Assembly: GCA_963811165.1 (NCBI GenBank)
Contig: CAWEQH010000004.1
Coordinates: 32,001-96,000, forward strand
From: an uncultured Nitrospiraceae bacterium
GTDB taxonomy: Bacteria > Nitrospirota > Thermodesulfovibrionia > Thermodesulfovibrionales > UBA6898
Length of the DNA: 64,000 bases
Direction: 5' to 3'
This document shows, piece after piece, positions 32,449-41,965 of the stretch; position 1 is the first letter of the stretch, and each line of letters opens with the position of its first letter. The position numbers were made by a program, and so were the translations under genes. The notes beneath the pieces are model-generated. The model made no database searches and was not told the DNA's origin. It was given only the letters and a program-made list of their open reading frames with translations.

Positions 32449-32582
32449 GCGGGAGGGGAACCATCTTTTCGCTCATCCTCGTCCCGAAAGCCTTCGGGAC
32501 TCCGAGGCTTTTTCCTCTTGAATATCAGAGACACATAGGAATATCAGAAAAAGAAACCGCTCGAAGGCAGTTCCCCTCCTGC
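32449..32582. other. Structured intergenic element, copy 1
   Basis: Shares TTTTCRCTCATYCTCG, CTCCGAGGCT and AGAAACCGYTCGAA with 62990-63105; multi-stem fold. Confidence 0.7.
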
Positions 32583-32622
32583 GCGATTTCAGAATTTTGA
32601 ATAACGCGAGGGTCGTCTTAAC

Positions 32623-33874
32623 CTATGCTGTTTCCCTGTGAAGGGCCGAGATGTCGGCGCGCAACCGCCACAAAAGAAGAAGACCGGGGAGGGCCGTTAG
32701 CGCTGCGATGACGAAGAAGTTGGCCCACCCCGCAAATTCCACAACATATCCCGACGTCGGCGCGATAAAGACACGACCGAGCGAGGCAAGCGAAGAAAGC
32801 AGGGCGAACTGCGTGGCACTGTACTTGTGATGGCAGAGCGCCATAAGAAAGGAAACGAACGCGGCGGTCCCCATGCCACCCGTCAGGTTTTCAAAGGCGA
32901 CTGCAATGATCATGAGCGGATAACTCTTTCCGACCCAGACCAGCGGTATGAAGGAAAGGATCGACAATGCCTGCATGATGCCGAATATCAGGAGAGACCT
33001 GAAAAGACCGAGGCGCACCATCATCGTACCGCCTAAGGTGGCGCCGACAATCAGCGATGCAAGGCCCAGTCCTTTATTGACGGTGCCGACATCGCCCGTC
33101 GAAAATCCTGCATTGCGGATGAGAAAGGCGGTTGTCATCGTGCCGGCATATGCATCGCACAGCTTGTAGAGTACGATCAACAGCAGGATCACGACGGCAG
33201 AGGGCCGTGAAAAGAAATCCTTCAGCGGTCCCCATACAGCCTCCCGCAAGGTGCGCGGCGGGACCACTGAAAATTCCGGTTCGGGGCCTGCCAGCGTGGC
33301 AACGATCCCTATAGTCATCAGCCCGGCCATGATAAGATAAATATTTTGCCAGCCTGTCTTCTTCGACCAGCTTTAGCGCTACGGCACCCGAGATGATCAT
33401 TGCTATGCGATACCCCGTGATAAACACGGCGGCCCCGATTCCTCTTTCGACTTCGTGAAGGACGTCCGTCCGGTATGCATCGACCACGATATCCTGAGAC
33501 GCCGATACGAAGGAAACAAGTAGCGCAAGAGCCGCAAAAGTCCACGGGGCATTTTGGGGAGATCCTGACCCCAGCAAAGCAATACATATGAGCAATCCTA
33601 TCTGCATAGGCAAAATCCATCCCCGCCGCCTTCCGAGCCAGGGCGGGACAAAGCGGTCCATGAATGGCGACCAGAGAAACTTAAGCGTATAGGGCAGGCC
33701 GACAAGGGAGAATAATCCAATAGTATGCAGTTCTACCCCCGCCACCGTCATCCAGGCCTGTAACGTCCCGAGGGTCAGTGGGAGGGGAAGCCCCGATGAA
33801 AAACCCAGGAGGGCCATCACCGCGATGCGCCTGTTCTTAAAGACCTGGAGATAGGTTGAGAGTTTAGAATGCAT
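32623..33874 (-). CDS. ampG: AmpG muropeptide MFS permease, apparent +1 frameshift near 33367
   Basis: LGFSSGLP, KFLWSP, GRRRGW, SASQDIVVDAYR; second half SATQFALLSSL. Removing one G gives ALKLSKKTGWQNIY. Confidence 0.88.
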
Positions 33875-34095
33875 TATTGTGTAAAGGTGATTGCATCAGT
33901 TTTTGTCGTTCGATTATAGCACAGCGCGGCACAAGTTCCGGCCGTCCAGTTCCGACTTTGAAGATAACGACCGATAACCCATCGCCATCGGCGGGCATCT
34001 GTCGGCCCGCCCCGCAAAAAGTGGCCATAGAGACAATTTCAGAGGAAATTTGGTTTAATAGTAAATGGATCCGAACTCTCTTTCAAAATAACATC

Positions 34096-36489
34096 ATGGG
34101 ACTGCATTTCATGAAAGACTTCTTCACTTGGCAGACGGACTATGTCTACTTCTTCTATGGGCTTGCCAGCGTGGTTTTTGCCGTTGCCTGCTACGCCATG
34201 ATGCAGATCCTTCGCGTGTCCGCAGCACAGATCCGCACATCGGAACTTTCCGGGATGAACAAGCGGCTTGAACAGGAGATCGCCGAGCGCAGGAGTGATG
34301 AAGAAGAGTTAAGAAGACATAGGGAGCACCTCACTGAGTTAGTGAAGGAGCAGACCGCCGATTTGACGGTGGCAAACGACTTCCTGCAGATGGAGATCAA
34401 TGAGCGAAAAAGAAGCGAAGAGGAACTAAGGACTTTCTCAAGGAGGATCGAGACCATCATCAATTCCTCCAGTGATCTTATTGTCATGAAGGATAGGGAT
34501 TTCAGGTTTCTTGTCATCAACGAGCAATGCGCAAAATTTTTCAACGCTACTCCGCAGGAGATCATAGGGAAGACCGATTTCGACTTTATGGGCCTTGAGG
34601 CGGCAGAAGCGTGCAGGAGGTCGGACCAGGCGGCCATGACGGCCGATGCCCCCGCCATCAGCGAAGAACTTGTCGGGGAAAGATGGCTGCATATCGTCAA
34701 ACAGAAGGTATTGGATGCTGAGGGGGCTGTATCCGGCATCGTTGCCGTCATGCGGGATATAAGCGACCGCAAGAAGGCCGAAAACGACTTAAGGAGGTAT
34801 CAGGAGCAACTGGAAGAGATGGTCAGGGATCGCACGACCGAATTATCGGAGGCCAACCAGCGGCTAAACCAGTTAAACGAGGCGTTGAGTAACAGCGAGG
34901 AACGTTTCCGGTCGCTCTTCAACCTTGCGTCGGACTGCATACTTCTCATCGATGTCGGAGGCGAGACGCCTGTGATTGTGGACGCCAACATTGCCGCCTG
35001 TGTGATGAACGGATATGCGCGTGATGAGCTGATCGGGATGCGGCTGACTGCCCTTGGTGACGAGGAGAGTCGAAAGCAGGTGCCGGACATCATGGAACAA
35101 ATCATGTCCGGGAAGGCCGTTACCTTCGAAATCAACCATGTTCGCAAAAACGGGTCGGTTTTCCCTGTGGAGGTTTCTGGCCAGCTCATTCATCTTTCCG
35201 GCAGGCCCTATATACTTGCGGTCGACAGGGACATTACCGAAAGGAGAAGGGCGGAAGAGGAATTGAAGAGGCACCGGGAGCATCTTTTGGAAATGGTGGA
35301 AGAAAGGACGGTTGAGCTAAAGACCGCTGTCCAGCTTCTCACCAACGAGATCAATTTCCGCAAGATGACCGAAGAGACATTAAAAGAGAGCGAGGCCAAA
35401 TTCCGCACGCTTTCGCGGGAATTTAATACGCTCCTGGACGCTATGCCCGACACGCTGATCCTTCTTTCCCGTGACCTCAGGGTCAAGTGGGCCAACAGTG
35501 CCGCAGCGTCGATGTTCGGCAGGGAGTCTTCAGATGTCGCGGGGCATCATTGCTTTGATATGTGGTACAACCGGTGTGAGCCGTGTGAGGACTGCTTTGT
35601 CCTGAGGAGTTTTAGCTCCGGCAGCAGCGAAAACTCGCAGAAGGCGACTTCCTCGGGAAAATTGCTCGATGGCAGGGCCTTCCCTATTATGGGTGAGGAC
35701 GGGACGGTCAGCAGCGTTATCGTTGTCCTCACCGACATCACCGAAAAGACTGCGCTGCAGGCGGAGGCTATGCGCGCCAGCCATCTTGCCTCGCTGGGTG
35801 AGCTGGCGGCAGGGGTGGCGCATGAGATCAATAATCCCATAAACGGGATAATTAACTACGCCCAGATCCTGGCAAATAAGATCCCGGCAGGCAGCAAGGA
35901 AAACGAGATCTCCCAGAGGATTATCAGGGAGGGAGACCGTATCGCGGGTATCGTGCGCAGCCTCCTTTCTTTCGCGCGGGAAAGGAAGGAGGATAGAGTC
36001 CGGGCGGGTATGCAGAGGATTATTGACGACACTATCACTCTGACGGAGACGCAGATCCGTAAAGACGGCATCGACCTGACGGTAGATATCCCCGGCAGCC
36101 TGCCTGAAATAGTTGCAAACCCCCAGCAGATTCAGCAGGTCTTCCTGAATGTCATAAGTAATGCGCGCTACGCACTCAACCAGAAATATCCCGGCACGCA
36201 TGATGACAAGAAGTTTTTCATATCAGGGGGGAGGGTGATGGTCGATAATTCTCCTTATGTCAGGGTCGCTTTTTACGACATGGGTACCGGTATCTCCGCC
36301 GACATTATCGACAAGGTGATGCATCCTTTCTTTTCGACAAAGCCGAGCGGCATTGGTACCGGCTTAGGGTTAAGTATAAGTCACGGGATTATACAAAGCC
36401 ACGGCGGCAGGCTCTCTCTGGAGAGTGTTGAGGGGGCCTATACAAAAGTGACGATCGATCTTCCCACAAAGGAGAGACATGGAAAATAA
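34096..36489 (+). CDS. Multi-PAS sensor histidine kinase
   Basis: One TM, three PAS/PAC blocks with coiled-coil linkers, H-box AGVAHEINNP, G-boxes DMGTG and GTGLGL. Start is 34096 or 34111. Confidence 0.9.
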   Translation: MGLHFMKDFFTWQTDYVYFFYGLASVVFAVACYAMMQILRVSAAQIRTSELSGMNKRLEQEIAERRSDEEELRRHREHLTELVKEQTADLTVANDFLQMEINERKRSEEELRTFSRRIETIINSSSDLIVMKDRDFRFLVINEQCAKFFNATPQEIIGKTDFDFMGLEAAEACRRSDQAAMTADAPAISEELVGERWLHIVKQKVLDAEGAVSGIVAVMRDISDRKKAENDLRRYQEQLEEMVRDRTTELSEANQRLNQLNEALSNSEERFRSLFNLASDCILLIDVGGETPVIVDANIAACVMNGYARDELIGMRLTALGDEESRKQVPDIMEQIMSGKAVTFEINHVRKNGSVFPVEVSGQLIHLSGRPYILAVDRDITERRRAEEELKRHREHLLEMVEERTVELKTAVQLLTNEINFRKMTEETLKESEAKFRTLSREFNTLLDAMPDTLILLSRDLRVKWANSAAASMFGRESSDVAGHHCFDMWYNRCEPCEDCFVLRSFSSGSSENSQKATSSGKLLDGRAFPIMGEDGTVSSVIVVLTDITEKTALQAEAMRASHLASLGELAAGVAHEINNPINGIINYAQILANKIPAGSKENEISQRIIREGDRIAGIVRSLLSFARERKEDRVRAGMQRIIDDTITLTETQIRKDGIDLTVDIPGSLPEIVANPQQIQQVFLNVISNARYALNQKYPGTHDDKKFFISGGRVMVDNSPYVRVAFYDMGTGISADIIDKVMHPFFSTKPSGIGTGLGLSISHGIIQSHGGRLSLESVEGAYTKVTIDLPTKERHGK

Positions 36490-38191
36490 GGGAAGGATAC
36501 TTGTCGTAGATGATGAAGAAAGCATACGGTTTACATTTGAGACCTTTCTCATAGACGAAGGGTATTCGGTGACGACCGCTCAGAACTATGACGAAGCCAT
36601 GGCACTTTTTGCCGGATCGGTTTTCGACCTTGTGTTGGCGGATATTCTGCTGGGCGGGGGCAGGACCGGAATCGATTTGATGCGTGAGGCCAGGAAACTA
36701 CATCTTGACTGCCCTTTTGTTGTGGTCACGGGAGCGCCGAACGTCGAGACCGCGTCGGAGGCGGTCAGACTCGGCGCCTTCGACTATATTGCGAAACCGG
36801 TTCGTCAAGAGACCTTGTTGCGAGTAACGAAGATAGCGCTCAGGAATAAGGAGTTGAACGATGAGAAGGAGAAGTACCGTCTCAACCTGGAGGCGATATT
36901 TCGGAGTGTTAAGGACGCGATCATTACGGTCGACGAAGAACTGAGGGTCGTCGAACTAAACAGTTCGGCCGAAAAGGTCTGCGGTATGGCGCGCGATGCG
37001 ATCGGTAAGGTTTTCAATTCTCTGGATGCGGGCTGCGGGAGAAACTGTCTTGATGCCTTCGTAGAGACCATCAACAAAAAGAAACCGGTCGAGATGTTTC
37101 ACGTCGAATGTCACCACAAAAACCGCTCGGGACACGTGGTCAGCCTTTCGACGTCTCCCCTTCTGGACCACCAGGGACTCTTTTCAGGGGCGGTGATCGT
37201 GATAAGAGACGAGACGCGTTTGTACGACCTGGAAAGGGACCTGAAGGAGCGGCGGCAGTTTCATAACATAATTGGAACGGGCGAGAAGATGCAGGAGATA
37301 TATTCGCTTATAGAAAATCTGGCCGATGTGCAGACTACCGTGCTTATCACAGGGGAGAGCGGGACCGGAAAAGAGCTTGCGGCAGAGGCCCTTCACTATA
37401 AGGGCATCCGCAGTCACAAACCCCTGGTGAAGGTGAACTGTTCCGCTCTCTCTGAGGGTCTGCTGGAAAGTGAACTCTTTGGACATGTGAAGGGTGCCTT
37501 TACCGGCGCGGTAAAGGATAAAGTGGGCCGTTTCCAGAGGGCCGACAAGGGCACCATTTTCCTCGACGAGATCGGCGACATATCCCACCGGATTCAACTC
37601 AGACTTTTAAGGGTTCTTCAGGAGATGGAATTCGAGCGGGTGGGGGACTCGACCCCCATAAGGGTGGACGTACGCGTCATTGCCGCCACGAACCAGGATC
37701 TTTCGGCGAAGATCAGGCGCGGCGAGTTCAGGGAAGACCTCTTTTACCGTCTCAAGGTGATTGAAATAAATATCCCTCCGCTTAGGGACAGGCGGGAAGA
37801 CATTCCGTTTCTTATTGACCATTTCATCGAGAAGCTTCATAAGAAGCTGGACAAGGATATCAAGGCTGTTTCAGCGGATGTGCAGAAGATTTTTATGGAA
37901 TACTCCTGGCCGGGCAATATACGAGAGCTCGAGCATACACTCGAACATGCCTTTATCCTCTGTCGTCAAAACACTATCACCCTGGACCATCTTCCCGGCA
38001 ATTTTCGGCATTCTTCCGCGGTAAGGGCACGTGCTCACAGGGATGCAGGAGGAGACGAGACCCAAAAGATACTCCAGGCGCTCGAAAAAACAGGCGGGAA
38101 CAAGGCCAAGGCGGCCAGGCTGCTTGGTTTCGACCGAAAGACCCTGTATCGAAAGATCGAAAGGCTTAACATTCCTAAGAAGCATGGGTGA
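36479..38191 (+). CDS. Sigma54-dependent response regulator (REC-PAS-AAA-Fis HTH)
   Basis: VVDDE, GESGTGKE, GAFTGA, FLDEIG, WPGNIREL, GNKAKAARLLG. Confidence 0.95.
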   Translation: MENKGRILVVDDEESIRFTFETFLIDEGYSVTTAQNYDEAMALFAGSVFDLVLADILLGGGRTGIDLMREARKLHLDCPFVVVTGAPNVETASEAVRLGAFDYIAKPVRQETLLRVTKIALRNKELNDEKEKYRLNLEAIFRSVKDAIITVDEELRVVELNSSAEKVCGMARDAIGKVFNSLDAGCGRNCLDAFVETINKKKPVEMFHVECHHKNRSGHVVSLSTSPLLDHQGLFSGAVIVIRDETRLYDLERDLKERRQFHNIIGTGEKMQEIYSLIENLADVQTTVLITGESGTGKELAAEALHYKGIRSHKPLVKVNCSALSEGLLESELFGHVKGAFTGAVKDKVGRFQRADKGTIFLDEIGDISHRIQLRLLRVLQEMEFERVGDSTPIRVDVRVIAATNQDLSAKIRRGEFREDLFYRLKVIEINIPPLRDRREDIPFLIDHFIEKLHKKLDKDIKAVSADVQKIFMEYSWPGNIRELEHTLEHAFILCRQNTITLDHLPGNFRHSSAVRARAHRDAGGDETQKILQALEKTGGNKAKAARLLGFDRKTLYRKIERLNIPKKHG

Positions 38192-38291
38192 CCCCCGTTA
38201 GAGAGGATCTCTAAACGGGCTAACCCTGTGTCTGCCCGATAATAGAAATTATTTTTATCCCTGCTTGGCATTGTCTTTCTACCGGCGTAGA

Positions 38292-38352
38292 ACTGTGGCA
38301 TGCCACAGTAAAGTGGCATCTCAAGAATGGTACATGCCACACTTTATGCCAC
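38292..38352. promoter_or_regulatory. Putative enhancer (UAS) sites
   Basis: Perfect 18-bp palindrome ACTGTGGCATGCCACAGT plus three more GTGGCAT/ATGCCAC half-sites. Confidence 0.55.
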
Positions 38353-38551
38353 TGTAATTCCCTATCATCATAAGGTTTGCAGAGCCGTAGTACTCCGGGG
38401 AGAGGCCCTTGGAAAAGATACGGATGCAGAACCCAGTTAGTCATAACCAGCCGTCTTATTTGACTATTTTTCGCCCCCGGGTCACTGCTTACGGGACCCC
38501 GAAAGTCACTTGTAAAAAAAAAGGCGCCTGCTCAGATATGATCGGTCTATA

Positions 38552-38567
38552 GGGCATGGTTCTTGTA
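38552..38567 (+). promoter_or_regulatory. Putative sigma54 -24/-12 promoter
   Basis: GGGCATGGTTCTTGTA versus consensus TGGCACGNNNNTTGCW, with correct GG-N10 spacing. Confidence 0.55.
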
Positions 38568-38735
38568 TTTAATATACCGCAGGGAAATTTGAATTTTACT
38601 TTTTGGGCTCATGAAATCAAAAGAAAGGACGCGCACGGCAATGGTTCTGGAGAACATGTATTATCGGGGGAGAAGCGAGGAAGTAACAGCGCCATGGAGA
38701 AAGAAACGCTGCATAAGCAAGGAAAAGGAAATAGT

Positions 38736-38891
38736 ATGCTATGCCCCAACATACATAAGCCATTTGACGATTGTTATTGCGCCAGTACGAGCAGTTTGTA
38801 TGCGGAGGCAACAATATATTACTGCGGCGGCAGTTATAAAGATTGCGAGATATATTTGAAACATGTGAAAGAGGGGGGCGAAAACAAATGA
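38736..38891 (+). CDS. Cys-rich microprotein
   Basis: MLCPNIHKPFDDCYC...YYCGGSYKDCEIY; alternative start 38694. Confidence 0.65.
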   Translation: MLCPNIHKPFDDCYCASTSSLYAEATIYYCGGSYKDCEIYLKHVKEGGENK

Positions 38892-39085
38892 GATGCCCGC
38901 ATCTGCGCACTTGGACGGTTTCATCCTGCAAAGCAGACAAAAGGCCTTATATCCCCAGTCTATATGAAATTCAGGAATACTGTACCGACAAGAGACACAA
39001 AAAATGTCCTCTCTATGTGGATATTGGGCAGGAGGCATTGTCCGGGGCGGGGGTCTTGGAAGAACGGGACCTTTCCTTACGATGA
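38888..39085 (+). CDS. Cys-rich microprotein
   Basis: MRCPHL...SCKA...YIPS...EYC...HKKCPLY; G-rich SD; ATGA overlap with the preceding gene. Confidence 0.7.
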   Translation: MRCPHLRTWTVSSCKADKRPYIPSLYEIQEYCTDKRHKKCPLYVDIGQEALSGAGVLEERDLSLR

Positions 39086-39190
39086 GATACATTTTTTCCG
39101 AACGAGAGTTGGCGCGGTTTTGCCGATGTATGAGCATTCTTTGCAGGTATGTAATTATAGAAATCTAAAGTAGATGAAAGGAGGCAAGCG

Positions 39191-39484
39191 ATGAGTGTAA
39201 AAGGGCTTGCGGAAGGAATTATTCTACAGTCTATCGAGGATCTTTGGAATGAGAACCACAGGGGTGAATGCATCGCCTTTTTTACAGGAAGGGAATTCAG
39301 CATCTGCGCGGAGATTGCCGGGATGAACCTGCCGGACCAGTTAAAGGTGCTCAACCTTGTCAAGACCGTTGTAGGAACCACGACCAATAGCAAGACGGCC
39401 GACAAGGACAGTTTCCAAGAGAAAGGGAAAAGACCGGCGAAGACAGCCAGGCGGGCGTACCGGCATATGCAGGCGGTGTCGTGA
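39191..39484 (+). CDS. Small hypothetical protein
   Basis: SD AGGAGG; LAEGIILQSIEDLW..CIAFF.G..F..CAE.AGM. Confidence 0.7.
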   Translation: MSVKGLAEGIILQSIEDLWNENHRGECIAFFTGREFSICAEIAGMNLPDQLKVLNLVKTVVGTTTNSKTADKDSFQEKGKRPAKTARRAYRHMQAVS

Positions 39485-39901
39485 TTATCGCTTCACGCCG
39501 AAGATAACGTCGCACAGCACTTTGCCAAGTTCCGAAATGCGGTAGGGCTTGGCGAGTGCACCCTTGAATCCGAACGTTTTGAAGGCAGAGAGTATCGCGT
39601 CGTCGGAACAAGCAGTGGAGACGATCGCTTTTGCGTAGGGATCTATTCCATTTCTCCAAAGGTCCTACTGGGGGAGAGCGGAATACGAGATATCGGAAAG
39701 ATAAAATAATGGATTGGTCGGGGCGAGAGGATTCGAACGGCTAGCCCTATTTGTAAGTACCTGACAAAGAAACGTAAAAAGACCATTATTTATTTCTGCC
39801 GAAAGGCCACCGAACTTAATCACTATCCCTGGACTAGCCCTCTGGGGTTCTGCGGCCCATGTCTTGCCATTCGATAGTACGTGATATTAAGATTAGATGT
39901 A

Positions 39902-40750
39902 ATGTCGAAAGGGAAAGACAGAAACAAGCTTTGTAATTGCGGAAGCGGGAAGAAATTTAAGCATTGCTGTATAAACAATCCTAAGCCACGAGAAACTGAG
40001 TTGATTTTTGATTTCGGACAGCCTACCCTGATAGATGCTATCGGAATTACTCACGATAACGGAGTAGAGTTCTTCCAAAATGGAGCCAGGATCTATCCTC
40101 AAAGTGCTCATGTCGGGACCTACTATAAGAAAACGGGCGGTCGCCATAAAATAAACAGACTCTCTCTCGATAACGATAAGTTATTCATTGATTCACACAA
40201 TGTACTTCAAAGCTCATTCGATCTTATCTATGCAGTCGACACAAACACAAAGCTGATAAACGATACTCCTGTATCCGTTGCGTGCGTTGTCCTTTGCAAG
40301 CTCATGAGGTTAGAAAATGAGAGGCGCACTTTAGCGCAGATTGCGCCAGTTCACTGTTTTGAATTTAGGAATATTAAGGGCAAGCGGGAAAATTTTGTCT
40401 GGAAGTATGCAATTGAGGGCATAATTAGAAATCCAGCATACCATGAAAAATTGAGGGCCTGTTTAATTGTTGATGCAGACTGGGGAAACTTGAGTCGATT
40501 TAATTCACGTCAAAAACCTATTTTCGAAGATTTTTATTTGCCGCTCGGCTTTACGCTGGTCTATGCTTATGCGCGTTCTGACAGACAAAAGCATCTTCCA
40601 AATATATTGATCTCTTTATGCGATAAGGAAGCCCATGCCTTGATGAGTTATATAGAACAGAATTTTCATGACACATCAAATCTTGTAGACGCGGATGGCG
40701 CCTTTTACAGCCATTTTAGAAACTGGGAGGTAAATAGAAGGCGAGCATGA
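39902..40750 (+). CDS. SEC-C motif-containing protein
   Basis: RNKLCNCGSGKKFKHCC at the N-terminus. Confidence 0.8.
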   Translation: MSKGKDRNKLCNCGSGKKFKHCCINNPKPRETELIFDFGQPTLIDAIGITHDNGVEFFQNGARIYPQSAHVGTYYKKTGGRHKINRLSLDNDKLFIDSHNVLQSSFDLIYAVDTNTKLINDTPVSVACVVLCKLMRLENERRTLAQIAPVHCFEFRNIKGKRENFVWKYAIEGIIRNPAYHEKLRACLIVDADWGNLSRFNSRQKPIFEDFYLPLGFTLVYAYARSDRQKHLPNILISLCDKEAHALMSYIEQNFHDTSNLVDADGAFYSHFRNWEVNRRRA

Positions 40751-40871
40751 AAAATGGATAGCGACACAACTTGATCTTGGAAATATTAAAGCAACTTCGA
40801 TAGATAATACCGAATTTCTGGAGAGAAGAAAAAATGAGTGGATTAGATATGCAAAAGAACAAATATGGCTC

Positions 40872-41513
40872 GTGTCAAGCATTACTCCGCTCAATATTAC
40901 GGATGAGCTGATAGATCCGCTCAATAATTCGATAATTCAGGTGCTGAACGCTACTCAATTACGCGGCCCTTCATCGGTGAATCGCTATGATACGCGACCA
41001 AACGACGTGGGGTTGATTAACGAAGATTCGAGTCATGTCAAGAAGGGAATGGGCCATCGTATTCAGATTGCCCGGACTGGTCATTGCGAAATCCTTGAAT
41101 GCCTAGAATGGGACGTTAGCCCAGTGGAGGATAATAAGGGTGTCGGCGTTTCGAATAGTAGGACTTTCACCTATTCAGTACGTGCAGGCTCACTTCACAA
41201 ACAGATAACGGCGTTAAAAACGGTGTGGGATGCCGCATTGCCGTTCCATGACGCATTACTGACTACTTTTATTACTAACACTTCGAATATCAGATTATAT
41301 GCCCGGCCAACAGCGATACGACGCAGTGATAGATATGGCCCTCTTGTCGAGGCTCCCTATTTGGGATATAGTTCAGTGGTAAATAAAAAGGCATCTATTA
41401 ACGATATGACTGAGGTCTTTGCGAAACGCTTAGTCAATTATTTTGGCTTAGTGCTCGATAAATTATATGATGATGACAGTAAATTTGCATGGCCGGATTT
41501 TCTTGTCAAATAG
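40872..41513 (+). CDS. Hypothetical protein, start uncertain
   Basis: Frame stays open upstream to 40734 without a canonical start codon. Confidence 0.55.
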   Translation: MSSITPLNITDELIDPLNNSIIQVLNATQLRGPSSVNRYDTRPNDVGLINEDSSHVKKGMGHRIQIARTGHCEILECLEWDVSPVEDNKGVGVSNSRTFTYSVRAGSLHKQITALKTVWDAALPFHDALLTTFITNTSNIRLYARPTAIRRSDRYGPLVEAPYLGYSSVVNKKASINDMTEVFAKRLVNYFGLVLDKLYDDDSKFAWPDFLVK

Positions 41514-41611
41514 TGGCACCCTCCGATTAGCCATCCCTTTTTATATTTTCGCTAACAGAGACGATACTAGGCCATTTCAGCGATCACAAGGACGATGCAA
41601 AGAATAGTATC

Positions 41612-41944
41612 TTGAAGCTATCGAGAAAATCAGGAGGGGAAGTGACCTACCCTATCCCGCTTGATTTATGGCACGATTTACAGAAGCACGTTGAGGGGAA
41701 ACGGTCGGATGATTTCATCTTCACTCATGAAGATGGATCACCAATCGGCCTTAACTGTGTGCCGCGGGCCTGGAAGAAAGCATGTAAAGCGGCAGAGGTA
41801 AAATATATCCCTCTTCAACAAGCATCCCGTCACAGCATGGCAAGTCAGATCATGGCCGAGCATAAGAAAAAAGCGATAGAGGAGATTCAAAATAAGCGCG
41901 GCCATTTCAACAAGCAAACACAAAAAGCCTATGTAGTCGAATAA
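41612..41944 (+). pseudogene. Tyrosine integrase C-terminal fragment
   Basis: FIF...G.P, WKKACKAA, ASRHSMAS, GH...T..Y; N-terminal domains absent. Confidence 0.7.
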
Positions 41945-41965
41945 TGCTTGTCTGCTATAGACAAA

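Noticed and set aside
32449..32582. Hammerhead ribozyme reading of the structured element (minus-strand GAUGAG..GAAA)
   Set aside because: It lacks the CUGA core and the stem II between GAUGA and GAAA.
33877..34095. Long N-terminal extension of the histidine kinase
   Set aside because: It would start 3 nt from the divergent ampG start, leaving no promoter space, and the sequence is not protein-like.
39110..39123. Second sigma54 promoter TGGCGCGGTTTTGC
   Set aside because: GG-to-GC spacing is one base short of the strict requirement; worth rechecking only if the T run is miscalled.
39516..39560. Hairpin GCACTTTGCCAAG/CTTGGCGAGTGC as an attC site or ncRNA
   Set aside because: No matching R-box pair or second copy seen; it may simply be a terminator-like stem.
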